DNA from: Candidatus Latescibacterota bacterium
GTDB lineage: Bacteria; Latescibacterota; UBA2968
DNA: 64,000 bases
Direction: 5' to 3'
Assembly: GCA_965116885.1 (NCBI GenBank)
Contig: OZ220741.1
Location: forward strand, 3,680,001 to 3,744,000
Shown here in pieces: positions 20,253 to 29,470 of the stretch. The notes under the pieces were generated by a model. That model searched no databases and was not told the origin of the DNA. It was given only the letters and a program-made list of their open reading frames with translations. Both the position numbers and the translations under genes were made by a program. Numbering within the stretch: the stretch's first letter is position 1; each line of letters begins with the position of its first letter.

Positions 20253-20404
20253 CACCAAGAGTTGCACGAAATCTCGGGCGATTAGATCGGCGTATGATGG
20301 AACGAGTTTCACGACGGATTGACGCATTAGTCCAGCAACCCTATTTAGGGAAACCCCTGAAAGGTCGGCTCAAAGATAAGCGTTCCCTGCGTGTTGGTGA
20401 TTTT
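20210..20404 (+). pseudogene. Truncated RelE/ParE-family toxin
   Basis: YQIVIAPRVARNLGRL...PYLGKPLKGRLKDKRSLRVGDF, then unrelated sequence. The expected YRIIY strand is missing and there is no good start codon. Confidence 0.7.
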
Positions 20405-20514
20405 CTCGTAAAAAACCTAATCCCATGTGCGGCCCCTAAAATTATAGCTACACTGAGGCCAGCAATAGCACCTGAAATGATACTTTCATAGTTATCAATG
20501 ATTATATCATACAT
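20341..20514 (-). pseudogene. 5' fragment of a membrane-anchored protein gene fused to the antisense of the relE remnant
   Basis: Manual translation MYDIIIDNYESIISGAIAGLSVAIILGAAHGIRFFTRK (one TM helix), then reads into relE antisense. 57 aa, below the ORF track cut-off. Confidence 0.4.
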
Positions 20515-20577
20515 GACAAAACGGAGAAATGGGGCAGACAGGATTACCGATTGATCTGAACAAACTTGTATAAAAAT

Positions 20578-20608
20578 AAAAAGAGGTCGATTTATATCGG
20601 CCTTTTTT
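20578..20608 (-). terminator. Bidirectional-looking rho-independent terminator
   Basis: AAAAAGAGGTCGAT-TTAT-ATCGGCCTTTTTT, just downstream (minus strand) of the displaced phyH 3' copy. Confidence 0.7.
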
Positions 20609-20627
20609 CACTGTGTAAACAGACTGC

Positions 20628-20773
20628 TGACTATTCACTACTGATTCCGTGTTCTTCGAGCCAGGCTTTGAGGGGCACGTCTTCGGGCGCGGGGGAGGTG
20701 TAGCCGCGACCACCGGAGTAGCGACGCCCAGGAGTTGTTTTTGGATGGGCGTGCAGCGGTCGAGGTAGTGTTC
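20628..20773 (-). repeat. Direct repeat copy 1: displaced 3' end of the phyH gene at 21592-22437
   Basis: 146 bp matching 21589-21735 with 6 substitutions and a 1-bp deletion (manual alignment). Confidence 0.95.
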
Positions 20774-21140
20774 AGCTTCCAAGTTCAGCAACATTGCGAA
20801 AACGATGGCGTCCTGTCTCAACAACGACAAATGCTTCTTCGAGTTCTGATTCAGAGTACGTTTCTAAAACGCGTTTCAACTCTCTGTGAACTGCAGATAG
20901 ATTTGTGGGATTAAGCCGCAGATATATGACCCCTGAGCCTGCGCGAAGGACAAACACAAGACGGCCAAAATCTCGATCTCGGGTTACAAGAAGCCTGTCA
21001 TCACTACGCGCAATACGCAACAACTCGCTATCGTCAGTTTGTGCATGTCCCGATTCACCTGCAGTCACAACATCATGTCCAAGGTCTTTGAGAAATTGTC
21101 CTGTAATCGCATAGACATCGTGATCGAGAAATAACCTCAT
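20772..21140 (-). CDS. DUF5615 / Mut7-C-like PIN-domain toxin
   Basis: MRLFLDHDV, GHDV, DDSELL, LVTRDRDFG acidic PIN motifs. Confidence 0.85.
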   Translation of the reverse strand: MRLFLDHDVYAITGQFLKDLGHDVVTAGESGHAQTDDSELLRIARSDDRLLVTRDRDFGRLVFVLRAGSGVIYLRLNPTNLSAVHRELKRVLETYSESELEEAFVVVETGRHRFRNVAELGS

Positions 21141-21382
21141 CTCACCTCTGAAATATGAATATCTTCCACCTGCACTAAGTTAATCGCATAATGGATACAA
21201 GCGCGAATGTCGTCTTCTTGAAGGTCGGGAAAATAATCAGAGCGGATCGTCTTAAACGAGATTCCCTCACGCACCAATTCGAGAATATCAACCACGGGGA
21301 TCCGGGTTCCTGCAACACAAGGCTTACCAAAATGAATTTGGGGATCAACCGCAATCCTGCCTCGATAATTTCCATTTTCCAT
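21137..21382 (-). CDS. DUF433 antitoxin
   Basis: IAVDPQIHFGKPCVAGTRIPV...DIRACIHYA, ATGA overlap with the PIN gene. Confidence 0.9.
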   Translation of the reverse strand: MENGNYRGRIAVDPQIHFGKPCVAGTRIPVVDILELVREGISFKTIRSDYFPDLQEDDIRACIHYAINLVQVEDIHISEVR

Positions 21383-21588
21383 ATCGCTTAGACTCCAATT
21401 TAACGATGCACGATGAATAATATTTCAATAACGGCGCCGAACGCAATCAGCCCGATGTGCCCGGCATTGAGGATGCGTTGCCCATCCAGTTCACTCAGGA
21501 AAGTACCGTATAAAAAGAAAAAAGTCAATTTTCTCGCCAAGGCAGATAGGGGTAGGCGGTAGAGCAGGGATACAGATAAAATTTTTAG

Positions 21589-21735
21589 TGACTATTCACT
21601 ACTGATCCCGTGTTCTTCAAGCCAGGCTTTGAGGGGCGCGTCTTCGGGTGTGGGGGAGGTGTAGCCGCGACCACCGGAGTAGCTGACGCCGAGGAGTTGT
21701 TTTTGGATGGGCGTGCAGCGGTCGAGGTAGTGTTC
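21589..21735 (-). repeat. Direct repeat copy 2: functional 3' end of phyH
   Basis: 147 bp matching 20628-20773. Confidence 0.95.
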
Positions 21736-22437
21736 TACGCGCATGTCGTCGCGTGGGCGAAGCCAGCGGTAGGAGTAGCCGTAGAAGAGTACGCGGCGGG
21801 GTTCCTTCCAGTAGTTGGTACTGGCGGAGTGCCATAAGCGGCGGTCAAAAAATACGGCTGATCCAGGGGGCACGAGCACCGGGATGGCGTCTTTGTGTAG
21901 CGCGTTGCGATCTTCTCCGGGAAATGTGTTTTGCGTTTGGCTTTTGGGAAGGACGTAGAAATTGCCGCGGCCCGGTTGGGTTGTGTCGGTGAGAAAAAAG
22001 CCGATTTTGAGGGAGATCATGGGACGCGGATTCATGTCAAAATCCTGATTGATGCGGCCGCTGTCTTGATGGAAACCGAGACCGGGACCGTCTTTTTCGA
22101 GTGTTTTGTTCGGTTCTGCAGGGGGTGTCACGGTCATGTGGGTGTGGTAGAGCTGGATGTGCCATCCCAGGATGCCCCACACTTTGGGAAATGTTTTGTG
22201 CCAGTCGAGCAAGGGCAAGAAATGGTCGTCTTTACCTATGAAGTCGTAGTGGTTGATGCGCGCTGTGGCACTTTTGCCCATTCGAGCGCGTTCTTCTTTA
22301 TCCACGCGATCTACTGCGACGACGAGATCGCTGACCATGTCGGGCGACAGGGCATCCGGAACGATGAAATAGCCATCCCGTTTGAATTTGCGCGCTTCTT
22401 CTTCTGTCAGACAATAATCGAGACATTTGGGGTGCAT
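21592..22437 (-). CDS. PhyH-family Fe(II)/2-oxoglutarate dioxygenase
   Basis: FKRDGYFIVPDAL, HQD and distal WHS facial triad, RRVLFYGY. Confidence 0.88.
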   Translation of the reverse strand: MHPKCLDYCLTEEEARKFKRDGYFIVPDALSPDMVSDLVVAVDRVDKEERARMGKSATARINHYDFIGKDDHFLPLLDWHKTFPKVWGILGWHIQLYHTHMTVTPPAEPNKTLEKDGPGLGFHQDSGRINQDFDMNPRPMISLKIGFFLTDTTQPGRGNFYVLPKSQTQNTFPGEDRNALHKDAIPVLVPPGSAVFFDRRLWHSASTNYWKEPRRVLFYGYSYRWLRPRDDMRVEHYLDRCTPIQKQLLGVSYSGGRGYTSPTPEDAPLKAWLEEHGISSE

Positions 22438-22453
22438 TGTTTGGCTCCTTATC

Positions 22454-22915
22454 TCAGGTCTTTGTTTTACAACGTCGCGTCAGTACATACCGATCTTCTG
22501 CGGCGCGATAATAACCTTTCACAAAGTTTCTCTCGCTAAATCCCCATTTTTCGTACAGGGAAATAGCACTTTCATTTTCGGGATCTACGGTTAAAAAGCA
22601 GTCCACGCCGATTTGATCGCACTCGGCCAAGACTGCGTCGAACAAAGCGGAACCTATGCCTTTGCCGCGAAAGGGATGATTCACAAATACTTTGTGCAAA
22701 CAATAAAGGCTGTCCGTTCTCGTGGGAAATGCCAGCACAGCACCGATTAGTTTTTCGCGCTCCCACGCACAGAATACCAGTGCATGCTCTGTCCACAATC
22801 GCCAGACGTGTTCGCCATCGGGAATGTACTCAGAATTCCGGTTTTGTGCCCATGCTTCGCGGTCCAATTTTGCGATTTCCAAAAAGTCGCGCGTTTCGGC
22901 ACGCTGAATATGCAT
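22454..22915 (-). CDS. GNAT family acetyltransferase
   Basis: FVNHPFRGKGIGSAL acetyl-CoA motif, LTVDPENESAISLYEKWGF. Confidence 0.9.
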   Translation of the reverse strand: MHIQRAETRDFLEIAKLDREAWAQNRNSEYIPDGEHVWRLWTEHALVFCAWEREKLIGAVLAFPTRTDSLYCLHKVFVNHPFRGKGIGSALFDAVLAECDQIGVDCFLTVDPENESAISLYEKWGFSERNFVKGYYRAAEDRYVLTRRCKTKT

Positions 22916-23020
22916 CTCAAATACTCCTGCGAATAGCGGTTTGTACCTGTGTAGATATGTAGAAATGTTTGATGTGCGTCAAGTTATTTTGTATGTCTTG
23001 GGGGAGATCCTTCAAAGGCA

Positions 23021-23048
23021 TTGACATTCTCACAGCAAGTCCTATCTT
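23021..23048 (+). promoter_or_regulatory. Putative sigma70 promoter
   Basis: TTGACA (23021), 16 nt spacer, TATCTT (23043). Confidence 0.45.
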
Positions 23049-23146
23049 CAGATGCGGTTGGCAACGATAAGTTCATCCACTTTCAGCTTTTGGCCCTTTG
23101 TTTTGCCGACCGATAGCGGCTGAGAGCTACCAATTGGGAGATAAAA

Positions 23147-23908
23147 ATGAAGTTGGGTATTGTCACGTATCAGATCGCCGCGGACTGGGATGTTGCCACG
23201 ATTATCAAAAACTGTGCCGAACTCGGTTATGGCGGTGCCGAATTGCGTACCACGCATGCTCACGGCGTTGAATCAGATCTTTCGGCGGGACAAAGGGAAG
23301 ATATCCGCAAACAATTTGAAGATGGCGGTGTCGAAATCGCGGGTTTGGGCTCGGCATTTGAATACCATTCGGATGATCCCGGCGTTGTGCGCGAAAATAT
23401 TGATGGCACTATTGAATACGCCAAACTCGCCGCCGACCTGGGTTGCCCAGGCGTTAAGGTGCGGCCCAATGGTCTGCAAACCGAGAAGGGCATTTCGGTA
23501 GATCAGACACTCGAACAAATTGGCAAATCCGTGCGCGAATGCGCGATTGCCGCTGATGATCTGGGGGTGCAAATTCGGGTGGAAGTACACGGGCGAGAAA
23601 CGCAAAAACCTGCGTATATGCGCACGATTATGGATTGGGCAGATCACGACAATGCAAAGATATGCTGGAATTCGAATTTGGGCGAAGTAGAAGATGGCTC
23701 TGTCAAAGCCAATTTTGACCTGCTCAAACACAAAATCGGTCTGGTACACATCACCGAATTGTGCAATCCGGCCTATCCATGGCGCGAACTCTTCTCTCTT
23801 CTCAAAGCCGAAGGCTATGCGGGATATACGCTGGCCGAAATCCCCGGTAGCTCAGATGCTGAGCGTCTGCTCCAATATTACAAGGCTTTGTGGGAAGCGT
23901 ATCAGTAG
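23147..23908 (+). CDS. Sugar phosphate isomerase/epimerase (xylose isomerase-like TIM barrel)
   Basis: GYGGAELR, VEVHG, VHITEL, GYAGYTLAE. Confidence 0.82.
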   Translation: MKLGIVTYQIAADWDVATIIKNCAELGYGGAELRTTHAHGVESDLSAGQREDIRKQFEDGGVEIAGLGSAFEYHSDDPGVVRENIDGTIEYAKLAADLGCPGVKVRPNGLQTEKGISVDQTLEQIGKSVRECAIAADDLGVQIRVEVHGRETQKPAYMRTIMDWADHDNAKICWNSNLGEVEDGSVKANFDLLKHKIGLVHITELCNPAYPWRELFSLLKAEGYAGYTLAEIPGSSDAERLLQYYKALWEAYQ

Positions 23909-23927
23909 GTAGGCTCCGTTCCTCTTG

Positions 23928-24611
23928 ATGAGTGTACAAAAAGAAATTTACGCCCTCAAACGCGAACTCGCCGCACGTTATCAACTCGGCGAAGAACACC
24001 ACAATATTTGTGGGCGCAAAATAGGTGTGACGTGTGTTGAAGATGCCGAAGCACTCTTTGACAAAATGCAAATGGCCGATCCCGATAGCATTGAGGTGCA
24101 GGATGAACGCCTGCCGTATTGGGCTACGCTTTGGGATTCTGCGCTTGTTTTGTCCGATGTTCTGCTCGCGGATAATCTGATTGCGTCGGGCGAATCCGTG
24201 CTTGAACTCGGCTGTGGGTTGGGCCTTGTGTCATCTATTGCCTGTCTCAAACGCGCGCGTGTCACTGCTACGGATTACCAGCCCGATGCACTCAAGTTCG
24301 CGCGACTCAACAGTTTGCAAATTGCTGGCGTCGTGCCCAGGACAATGCTCATTGACTGGCGTTCCCCGCCGCAAGAACAACACTATGCCACCTTGTTGGG
24401 CGCAGATCTCGTGTACGAACTGCGCTTTTTCGATCCTCTCATCGCCACATTCGACGCCCTTCTCGCACCGGGAGGGCGCATTTTATTTTCTGAACCCAAT
24501 CGCGTCTTAGGTAGATCTTTTTTTGATCGTCTGCTCAATACGGGCTGGACGTTTTCCACGATAACCGAGCGAGAAGGCGCGACGGTATATGAGATTGTGA
24601 GAAGTGATTAG
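23928..24611 (+). CDS. Family 16 (METTL21-like) SAM-dependent methyltransferase
   Basis: LPYWATLWDSA, VLELGCGLG, DWR, GADLVYE. Confidence 0.85.
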   Translation: MSVQKEIYALKRELAARYQLGEEHHNICGRKIGVTCVEDAEALFDKMQMADPDSIEVQDERLPYWATLWDSALVLSDVLLADNLIASGESVLELGCGLGLVSSIACLKRARVTATDYQPDALKFARLNSLQIAGVVPRTMLIDWRSPPQEQHYATLLGADLVYELRFFDPLIATFDALLAPGGRILFSEPNRVLGRSFFDRLLNTGWTFSTITEREGATVYEIVRSD

Positions 24612-25498
24612 AATATATCCAAATCCGCTGCTTCGATTTCTTTCCGCAATGCTTTCTCTTCTTCCTCATCGAGCGGACGTGTAGGCTTGATGGGGTCGCC
24701 GCACTCGATTCCCTGCCAGCGCAATACGGCGCGTACGCTGCCGTGTCCACTGTATTTTTGACAAATCCGAATCAGTTCATTCACGTCTGCTTGCAATGCG
24801 CGGGCCGTGTCCAAATCGCGCTTGTTCACCGCTTCGTAAATGCCCACAAAATGCGCGGGCATCACGTTGTAAAATGTGCCGATTCCCCCCTGAGCACCTG
24901 CCGCAATGCCCGATAGGGCTACTTCGTCATGTCCGTTAAAAATATGCGGTTTATGCGGCCCATTGAGTACGCGTTCCATTAAGAACAGGTTGAAATTTGT
25001 GAACTTAATGCCCACCACGCCCTCGAGTGCGAGCATCTGGTTGATTTGTTCAAACGAATACTCCTGATGCGTGACCACGGGGATATAATACACAAAGACC
25101 GGCAAATTTGCCGCCGAACTCAGCGCACTGTAATACGCTAGGATGTCTTCAAACCGATATCCCTGGACATAAGGCGGCAAACTCGAAATGCCATCGGCTC
25201 CCGCATCTGCGGCGTGTTTGGCGAGTTCAACGGCATCGCGCTCCGAGGGCGCGCCGACGTGTACTACTACTCGGCCATGTCCTTTTGATGCTTTGACGGC
25301 AATTTCTGTGGCCAACTTGCGCTCGGCCATTGTCATCAAATAGCCTTCGCCCGTGTTGCCTGCCACGTACACGCCGTGTGATCCCTGTTCGTAGATACGC
25401 GCCATGAGTTTTTCATATGCCGAGACGCTAAATGCGCCTGTCCCATCCCTGGGACTGACCAGTGCGGGATACATGCCCTTAAATCCGTCGAGTATCAC
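24608..25498 (-). CDS. DHDPS/N-acetylneuraminate lyase family aldolase
   Basis: GVYVAGNTGE, YYIP, GIKFT Schiff-base Lys, GGIGTFYN. Confidence 0.85.
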   Translation of the reverse strand: MILDGFKGMYPALVSPRDGTGAFSVSAYEKLMARIYEQGSHGVYVAGNTGEGYLMTMAERKLATEIAVKASKGHGRVVVHVGAPSERDAVELAKHAADAGADGISSLPPYVQGYRFEDILAYYSALSSAANLPVFVYYIPVVTHQEYSFEQINQMLALEGVVGIKFTNFNLFLMERVLNGPHKPHIFNGHDEVALSGIAAGAQGGIGTFYNVMPAHFVGIYEAVNKRDLDTARALQADVNELIRICQKYSGHGSVRAVLRWQGIECGDPIKPTRPLDEEEEKALRKEIEAADLDIF

Positions 25499-26502
25499 AG
25501 GGCGCCTCCTGTTTTTTCGTAAAGTGTACGGGATAGTAATTCGATTTCTGTGCGTTCAACCAGTGTCTCTACGAGATGTTGCGGCAAACCCGCTGTGCCG
25601 TGATACAAACCGCTCAGGGTGCCGGCAATGGCTGCAAATGTATCGACATCGCCACCCGTGAGCAGCGCGCGTTCAACTGTGGGGATAAATTCTCCTTCTG
25701 CGCGCAAAAATGCCTCCAAAGCTACGACAATTGTGGCCTGGGCTTCGCTTGGTATGGCGTTTTCTCGCGCAGCTTCGGGCATTTGTACCATGGCCGCCCA
25801 CGCATCTTCCTCGTTCATTGTCAGCAATGTCCGCACCTGTGCGATCAACTCGCCTGTGGATTCGCAAATCGGTCTGGCCGACCACTCGGCTACGTCCAGT
25901 ACCTCATTTCCGTCCAGCGGGCGATGTGTTACCAGATGCCCCACCACATGGGCCATCGCGACCGCAGGTGCAACTGCGCGTGGATCCTGGTGCGTCACAT
26001 GGCTCGCTGCAATAGCATCCTCCAGGATATTTTCACCAGTTGCCCAATTCCACAAGCCCACTGGCGCGATTTTCATGACCGCTCCGTTGGAAGGGTGGTC
26101 TTTCGATGCGGCTTCAGACCAGGGCAGACCCTGATCAAGGCGTTCCAGAGTCTCCTTAAAAGCCCTGCCATACATTTGCAGGAGTCCCTCACGCCACATC
26201 GCCAAAAATCGATTGCTCAGGTCTTCGGGGTCAATCTTTTCACACGCTATAATTGACTCAACCAGGACGAGGGTCTGCTGGGTATCGTCTGTATATTCTC
26301 CCGCTGGTCGGGTCAACACGCCTTCCCGATTGACCCGACCGCGATAGTGGTCTGTCAATCCCTCTACCGCTCTGATCCGATCCCTGTCCCATCCCTCGCA
26401 AAAACAGCCCAGAGTATCGCCTATTGCGCCGCCCAGTAGCGCGCCTACAAACATATCTTCGACCTCGATGTCTTCTATATCGTCGTCCCAGTAATCAGCC
26501 AT
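25495..26502 (-). CDS. ADP-ribosylglycohydrolase family protein
   Basis: GAIGDTLG, YTDDTQ, SNGAVMK, THQDP, GGDVDTFAAIAG. Confidence 0.9.
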   Translation of the reverse strand: MADYWDDDIEDIEVEDMFVGALLGGAIGDTLGCFCEGWDRDRIRAVEGLTDHYRGRVNREGVLTRPAGEYTDDTQQTLVLVESIIACEKIDPEDLSNRFLAMWREGLLQMYGRAFKETLERLDQGLPWSEAASKDHPSNGAVMKIAPVGLWNWATGENILEDAIAASHVTHQDPRAVAPAVAMAHVVGHLVTHRPLDGNEVLDVAEWSARPICESTGELIAQVRTLLTMNEEDAWAAMVQMPEAARENAIPSEAQATIVVALEAFLRAEGEFIPTVERALLTGGDVDTFAAIAGTLSGLYHGTAGLPQHLVETLVERTEIELLSRTLYEKTGGAL

Positions 26503-26546
26503 AATTCAAATCCTCAAGTTTAATCGGTGTAAAAATACAAGGGCCT

Positions 26547-27545
26547 CTACCGCACATCTACGATATTGCGAAATGCCCGAATGTGCTCGGGCGTTGTTCC
26601 GCAACATCCGCCTATCAAGAATCCACCGGCGTCCAACAAGTCTTCGACGTGTTGGGCCATGTCTTCTGGTCCTTGCGAATACGACGCCTGTTTGGTGACT
26701 TTGTCCAGGGTGGGTAAGCCCGCATTGGGATAGGCCATCAAACGCTTGTTTTCAATGCCGCGATCCACAAGCGCTTTTTGCATCTGCACTGTGCCCTCAA
26801 TTGCATAGGGCATGCCCGTGTGATCTGTATTGCGCGTTTCTGCGCCGCAGTTCAGTCCCAGGAGTTGCACGTCGCCGAGTAGATTATCGCCGTTTGAAAA
26901 TTCGCCACTTGCCAAAATGTCCAGTAGGTCGCTGGGTGAAACCCCCCAGTCAGTGCGGTAAATCAATTCACCCGTTTTGCGATCCACTGTGAATTTATAC
27001 GTCATATTCACGGCGATGGGTAAGCCCGTCTGTCGTGCAATGTCAACGGCGATTGCCGCTTCTTTTGCGGAAAACTGCGTTTCTATGACAAAAAAATCGA
27101 CGCCGCCTTTGACCATGGCAGAGATCACGCGCTCGTGGGCCGATCGCACATCTGCATTGGGAATGCCAAAAACCGTGTCGCCGGCATCGGCTTCGATAGC
27201 ACCGGGGGAGGGACCGATAGAACCGCCCACATAAACATCCTTCCCGCTTTCTTCAACGGCTTGCCGCGCGTGTTGGACGGCTAATTCTGTCAAGCGCTCG
27301 GCATCATCTTCATCGGCGTCGGCCATCTCGAGATGCAGGGGGGATACCACAAATGTGTTCGTGCCGATGGCATTTGCACCCGCATCGATATACGCGCGAT
27401 GTACTGCCACCACCTCGGCGGGATGCGATAGATTGGCGATGGAACTGTTTGCCAGATTCACCCCATGTTCAAATAATTGAGACCCAAACCCACCGTCATA
27501 CACCATTGGCTGATCATCTACGAGGCGTTCTGCAAAAGATTTCAT
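26547..27545 (-). CDS. Stand-alone homocysteine S-methyltransferase domain (MetH N-terminal type)
   Basis: DGGFGSQL, HRAYIDAGA...TNTF, GLNCG, YPNAGLP, GGCCGTTPEHI Zn ligands. Confidence 0.9.
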   Translation of the reverse strand: MKSFAERLVDDQPMVYDGGFGSQLFEHGVNLANSSIANLSHPAEVVAVHRAYIDAGANAIGTNTFVVSPLHLEMADADEDDAERLTELAVQHARQAVEESGKDVYVGGSIGPSPGAIEADAGDTVFGIPNADVRSAHERVISAMVKGGVDFFVIETQFSAKEAAIAVDIARQTGLPIAVNMTYKFTVDRKTGELIYRTDWGVSPSDLLDILASGEFSNGDNLLGDVQLLGLNCGAETRNTDHTGMPYAIEGTVQMQKALVDRGIENKRLMAYPNAGLPTLDKVTKQASYSQGPEDMAQHVEDLLDAGGFLIGGCCGTTPEHIRAFRNIVDVR

Positions 27546-29470
27546 ACCGTCATCCTCTTAAACTGACATCCTTCGACAAATACGTCAAAAAAATCTGGCT
27601 TTGTCTCCAGTTCTACATGTTCAATCCGTTTCACAAGGCGTTCTAACCCGTCGCGTCGTTTCCGCGAGAGCAATACTTCTCTCGCGCCCAATATCGCGGC
27701 ATTTCCCACCTTTTCAATGCGCTCTTGTGGCACGGGTGCGAGAAAACCGATGTCAATCGCATTTTGCACATTCACGTAATTGGCAAAACCACCGGATAGA
27801 TAAAGCCGATGGATCTGATCGGGGGCAATGCCAAATTCGCGCATGACGAGTAACTGCCCACAATAATTCGCGGCCTTGGCCTGAGCCAGATTGCTCGCGT
27901 CTTCACGCGACAGCGCAATGCCGTGTTCGGGCACCACGATCATTTCATATTGCTTGCGGTCGGCAAATACGCCCTTTTCTGTCATCAAATCATGCCGCCG
28001 AAGCTCGGCCAACAAGTCAATAAGACCAGAGCCGCACAATCCCTGGGGTGCGCCGCCGCCAATTACGCGGTAATTGAACTGCCCATTTTCCCACGCCATC
28101 GATTCAATTGCCCCATCTTGACCGGGCATGCCACAGGCGATACCGCCGCCTTCAAATGCCGGTCCCGCCGGACAGGATGCCGCCACCAACCTGTCTCGAT
28201 TGCCCACCACGACTTCGGTATTGGTGCCCACATCGACGAGCATGAATATCTCGTCTTGATCACCCATTTCTACGGCGAGCATATCCGCTGCGACATCGCC
28301 GCCCACATGGCTCGCAATAAGGGGCATGCCATATACCCGCGCTTTGGGATTTGCGCGAATGCCCAACCGCCTGCTGCTCTCATAGAGGGCGGTTGTTTTT
28401 CGCTCTCCGGTCAGATATTCGTGTTCTATTTGAGATTTATAGGGTTTTTGCCCGATACTCTGCACATCGAGCCTGAAAAACATATCCCGCATGGTGGCAT
28501 TGCCAGCGACGACAATTTCGTAAATTTCTTGTCGCTCAAAATCCAATTTTTCACATAGCACGAGAATTTCGTGGTTGATCGCATTTACCAGTGCTTTCCA
28601 CAGCTCATTTGGATATTCGCCATCATAGGAAATGCGATACATGATGTCGCTGCCGCCAAAGCGCTGGGGATTTTCATAAGATGTAATCGCAATACTCTCG
28701 CCAGATTCCAGATCTATGAGATCCATCACAACTGTCGTGGTGCCCACATCAATTGCCAGTCCGTAGATGTGGCCACGGAACCGATCGATGTCTTCTCCGT
28801 CGTAAAATATTCGGTCCCCCTTGCGCGTTACCACGGGATCGAGGTCGATTTCTTTTTGCTGGCTCAAGGTCAAAATTTGAGGCGCGCGGCGCAGGGGCGC
28901 AAACTCAACTTCCGCATCCAGATCTACGACTTCGGCCTGACAGGCCAATCGGTAATTGTCTTTTAAGAAGGTTTCAGCCTCTGTTTTGGGACACAGGGCG
29001 TCTTCGCCTTTTGTGATCTCTACCACGCATTCATGGCATATTCCCGACCGGAAACACGACGTTGGAACCTGAACGGCCAGGTCGTCGGCATAATCAAATA
29101 TCGTTTTCCGCGCTTCGAGTTGCTGCACCTTGCCCATGTGTGTAATTGTGCCCGTTCCCTTTTTTCGACGACGGTTTTTTTGTTTTTTGAGTGTGGTCTT
29201 CATCTCACGATAGGCATCTGGCTCTGTTTCCCAGGCGGTGCGATAGTCGAGGTTATCGTTGCTGGCACATTGAAAAAGCGCCCGATTGGGCGCTGGTTTA
29301 CGCTGGAATTTACATCCGAATTTGGCTGTGCATTCGTTGTCCTTGTTTTTGTAGGGACAGCGCATCTGCGCCTGTTCGTCGGCATGCTGGACAATATCTG
29401 AAAAAATTTCAGACATGCGATCCAGCCGCTTTTGATAGGCTTCTCGATCTATTTTTTCACGCTCACTCAT
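27542..29470 (-). CDS. ATP-dependent corrinoid reductive activator (RamA/RACo, ASKHA/DUF4445) with 2Fe-2S domain and extra N-terminal Cys4 region
   Basis: SCFRSGICHEC...RLACQ, AIDVGTTTV, DVGTNTEV, SCPAGPAFEG, GLCGSG, LSGGFA, GNAA. Confidence 0.92.
   Translation of the reverse strand: MSEREKIDREAYQKRLDRMSEIFSDIVQHADEQAQMRCPYKNKDNECTAKFGCKFQRKPAPNRALFQCASNDNLDYRTAWETEPDAYREMKTTLKKQKNRRRKKGTGTITHMGKVQQLEARKTIFDYADDLAVQVPTSCFRSGICHECVVEITKGEDALCPKTEAETFLKDNYRLACQAEVVDLDAEVEFAPLRRAPQILTLSQQKEIDLDPVVTRKGDRIFYDGEDIDRFRGHIYGLAIDVGTTTVVMDLIDLESGESIAITSYENPQRFGGSDIMYRISYDGEYPNELWKALVNAINHEILVLCEKLDFERQEIYEIVVAGNATMRDMFFRLDVQSIGQKPYKSQIEHEYLTGERKTTALYESSRRLGIRANPKARVYGMPLIASHVGGDVAADMLAVEMGDQDEIFMLVDVGTNTEVVVGNRDRLVAASCPAGPAFEGGGIACGMPGQDGAIESMAWENGQFNYRVIGGGAPQGLCGSGLIDLLAELRRHDLMTEKGVFADRKQYEMIVVPEHGIALSREDASNLAQAKAANYCGQLLVMREFGIAPDQIHRLYLSGGFANYVNVQNAIDIGFLAPVPQERIEKVGNAAILGAREVLLSRKRRDGLERLVKRIEHVELETKPDFFDVFVEGCQFKRMTV

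Noticed and set aside
20507..20830. 107 aa minus-strand ORF
   Set aside because: Chimera of an alternative frame of the PIN gene and the frameshifted phyH 3' duplicate
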